A DNA stretch of 51,986 nucleotides, filler included, from Sphacelaria rigidula (Eukaryota): NCBI GenBank assembly GCA_964200075.2. It is 4 parts of 4 records of this genome, joined end to end, with 100 filler letters (N's around TTAATTAATTAA, not from the genome) between each part and the next. Parts side by side here need not be neighbours in the genome. Positions count along the whole stretch, not along the records: positions 39,067 to 51,986 come from CAXNAA020003303.1; 3 more parts are not named here. One strand, 5' to 3'. A program made the translations under genes and the position numbers. Positions within the stretch are counted from its first letter, which is position 1, and each line of letters starts with the position of its first letter. The notes under the pieces are model-generated. The model was not told where the DNA came from. It saw nothing but the letters and a program-made list of their open reading frames with translations, and did not search any database. Of this stretch, positions 50,975 through 51,986 are shown piece after piece.

Positions 50975-51590
50975 TTATTATTATTATTATTATAATTATA
51001 ATTATAATTATAATTATAATTATAATTATAATGACTACACACACACATACACACACATGTGAGTATGCAAAACAATAGAGAGCTTGCTTCGCTGAGTTTG
51101 TTGGACGACAGTCGACGCGGTGCGGGAGCAGTGCTGGTCCAATCCGCGGTACCTAAATGTAGGGCGTGTACTGCGTACTGTACCGGTGGAGAGAGATTGA
51201 TCCCTCAAGACGACCGACTCGTATCGATGGAAAAAAGGAAGAACAAATTAGAAGTGACTATACCAAAGGGGGAGAAAAAAAAAGGTGCAGTAGGTCTTTC
51301 CCAGGTGGAATAATTCCGCCAAGTCCCGTGTTCAGGCCAAAATCGGCCCTGAACTGTCAAAATGGGCATCTTGGGAGTGATTTTGTCTTCTTAGCACAAG
51401 AAGCGGCTTAACTACCGACTCCACGACTAGCAGCATGCAGTAGCCCGGACCAGCAACGATTCATAGATGCGGCTTCCTTACCCGACGAAGCCACCTTGAT
51501 GATGTTCCCCACGTGCTCCCCGAATCTCGCATCCATGTAAGCACCTACTTCTTCGCACCATCTCTCCGTCGGGGCGGTATTGATTTCTCC
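40980..51590 (-). CDS. Class II glutamine amidotransferase / GlmS-like protein (non-canonical), 8 internal exons, 374 codons
   Basis: The join 51590-51482, 50281-50154, 49915-49745, 47783-47670, 46811-46491, 42986-42890, 41920-41839, 41079-40980 is GT-AG, phase-consistent and stop-free. Motifs GSFG..V.STLEP..VVLG..GQPL, LYGSEASA, GEVV and DL..TPAVL..I...W parallel the end of the GlmS glutaminase domain and the linker to the SIS domain. Confidence 0.8.
41839..41920 (-). CDS. GlmS-like exon (...VPPGVDLVEHDL)
   Basis: atcag| and ag|gtacga, phase 1-2. Confidence 0.8.
41965..42095. repeat. (TAT)/(CAT)/(TGT) compound microsatellite
   Basis: Seen directly. Confidence 0.93.
42600..42678 (-). mobile_element. 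tRNA-like SINE head (degenerate)
   Basis: The minus strand reads ggcctcggtggtctggtgg...gggttcgatttccacca (A/B-box-like); no convincing cloverleaf. Confidence 0.45.
42890..42986 (-). CDS. GlmS-like exon (LRSYSLETNCEAPTALLDKRL...)
   Basis: gtag| and g|gtacgt, phase 0-1. Confidence 0.8.
46491..46811 (-). CDS. GlmS-like exon (DIPAALYGSEASAV...LLLPCGIQ)
   Basis: tcacag| and |gtgcgg, 321 bp, phase 0-0. Confidence 0.85.
47670..47783 (-). CDS. GlmS-like exon (ELLARGHGSFGTTVFSTLEPGTVVLGCMGQPLVIAVDD)
   Basis: gagcag| and |gtgagt, phase 0-0. Confidence 0.88.
49745..49915 (-). CDS. GlmS-like exon (...RAFLRADIFAAMS)
   Basis: ctaac branch motif plus gcag|, and |gtgagg, phase 0-0. Confidence 0.8.
50154..50281 (-). 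CDS. GlmS-like exon (GESYKIDRPSTAQFVKV...)
   Basis: cgcag| and |gtatgt, phase 1-0. Confidence 0.8.
50941..51058. repeat. (CAT)/(TTA)/(CA) microsatellite cluster
   Basis: Seen directly. Confidence 0.95.
51482..51590 (-). CDS. GlmS-like exon (GEINTAPTERWCEEV...)
   Basis: tttctcag| and g|gtaagg, phase 0-1. Confidence 0.75.
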
Positions 51591-51741
51591 CTGAGAAAGT
51601 GAGGAACGCACCACATAGTAAGTCAGAGTCCCCCGGCAAATCCTGATGCTTGGAAAAGAGTACTTGATTACTCGTCAAAATAAAGGTTATTGCAAGAGAG
51701 ATTCATGTTACCGTAGGGGCTTTTTGGGTACGTCCATCATG

Positions 51742-51811
51742 AGACCATGGCTCGATCCCTGCGGGGTCAGTTGAAGTGCGACAATCAATCGATCAATCAG
51801 TCAATCAATCA
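51742..51811 (+). mobile_element. LINE/SINE 3'-end fragment with (CAAT)n tail
   Basis: gagaccatggctcgatcc...gtgcgacaatcaatcgatcaatc resembles the RTE 3' end at 7028-7103. Related pieces lie at about 49508-49552 (+) and 43678-43712 (-). Confidence 0.6.
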
Positions 51812-51986
51812 GGTGTGCACTTTCGTATCCAAACGTTTTTTGAGACTGCACAATAAGGCCCAGATGTTTGTCATCCAGGGGCTCCGACGGTGAAGAACCC
51901 CAGAACCAAAATGCGCACTCCCTGCCGCAGAACCACTCGCAACTGAACCTACCAGCGCCATATACCGTAGGTTATTGTCCATCACT

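Noticed and set aside
14168-51056. Poly-L, -I, -V, -Y and -P ORFs in the ORF track
   Set aside because: These are translations of microsatellites and homopolymer runs.
15829-51590. Possible biosynthetic cluster (kinase + acyltransferase + amidotransferase)
   Set aside because: The genes sit on different, artificially concatenated scaffolds.

Overview
Eukaryotic, intron-rich and transposon-rich DNA. Repeat content and intron style suggest a brown alga (Ectocarpales-like); this is an inference. The window is not one locus. It is four unrelated scaffolds of 12,923, 12,922, 12,921 and 12,920 bp, sorted by size and joined by 100-bp N/TTAATTAATTAA linkers. Most ORFs in the six-frame track are spurious. 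Manual GT-AG and phase analysis recovers four partial spliced genes, one per scaffold. (1) Minus strand: a gene built from a tandem array of symmetric phase-1 exons, each encoding a 6-Cys module and duplicated together with its intron, followed by a Pro/Thr stalk. (2) Minus strand: an isopentenyl phosphate kinase that resembles the Chloroflexi type but has spliceosomal introns. (3) Plus strand: a PC-esterase/TBL-like (SGNH) acyltransferase with a complete hAT element inserted at one predicted splice acceptor. (4) Minus strand: an 8-exon fragment of a non-canonical class II glutamine amidotransferase/GlmS-like protein. The rest is decayed RTE LINE, copia and mariner fragments, tRNA-derived SINEs, MITEs and foldbacks, and mini/microsatellites.
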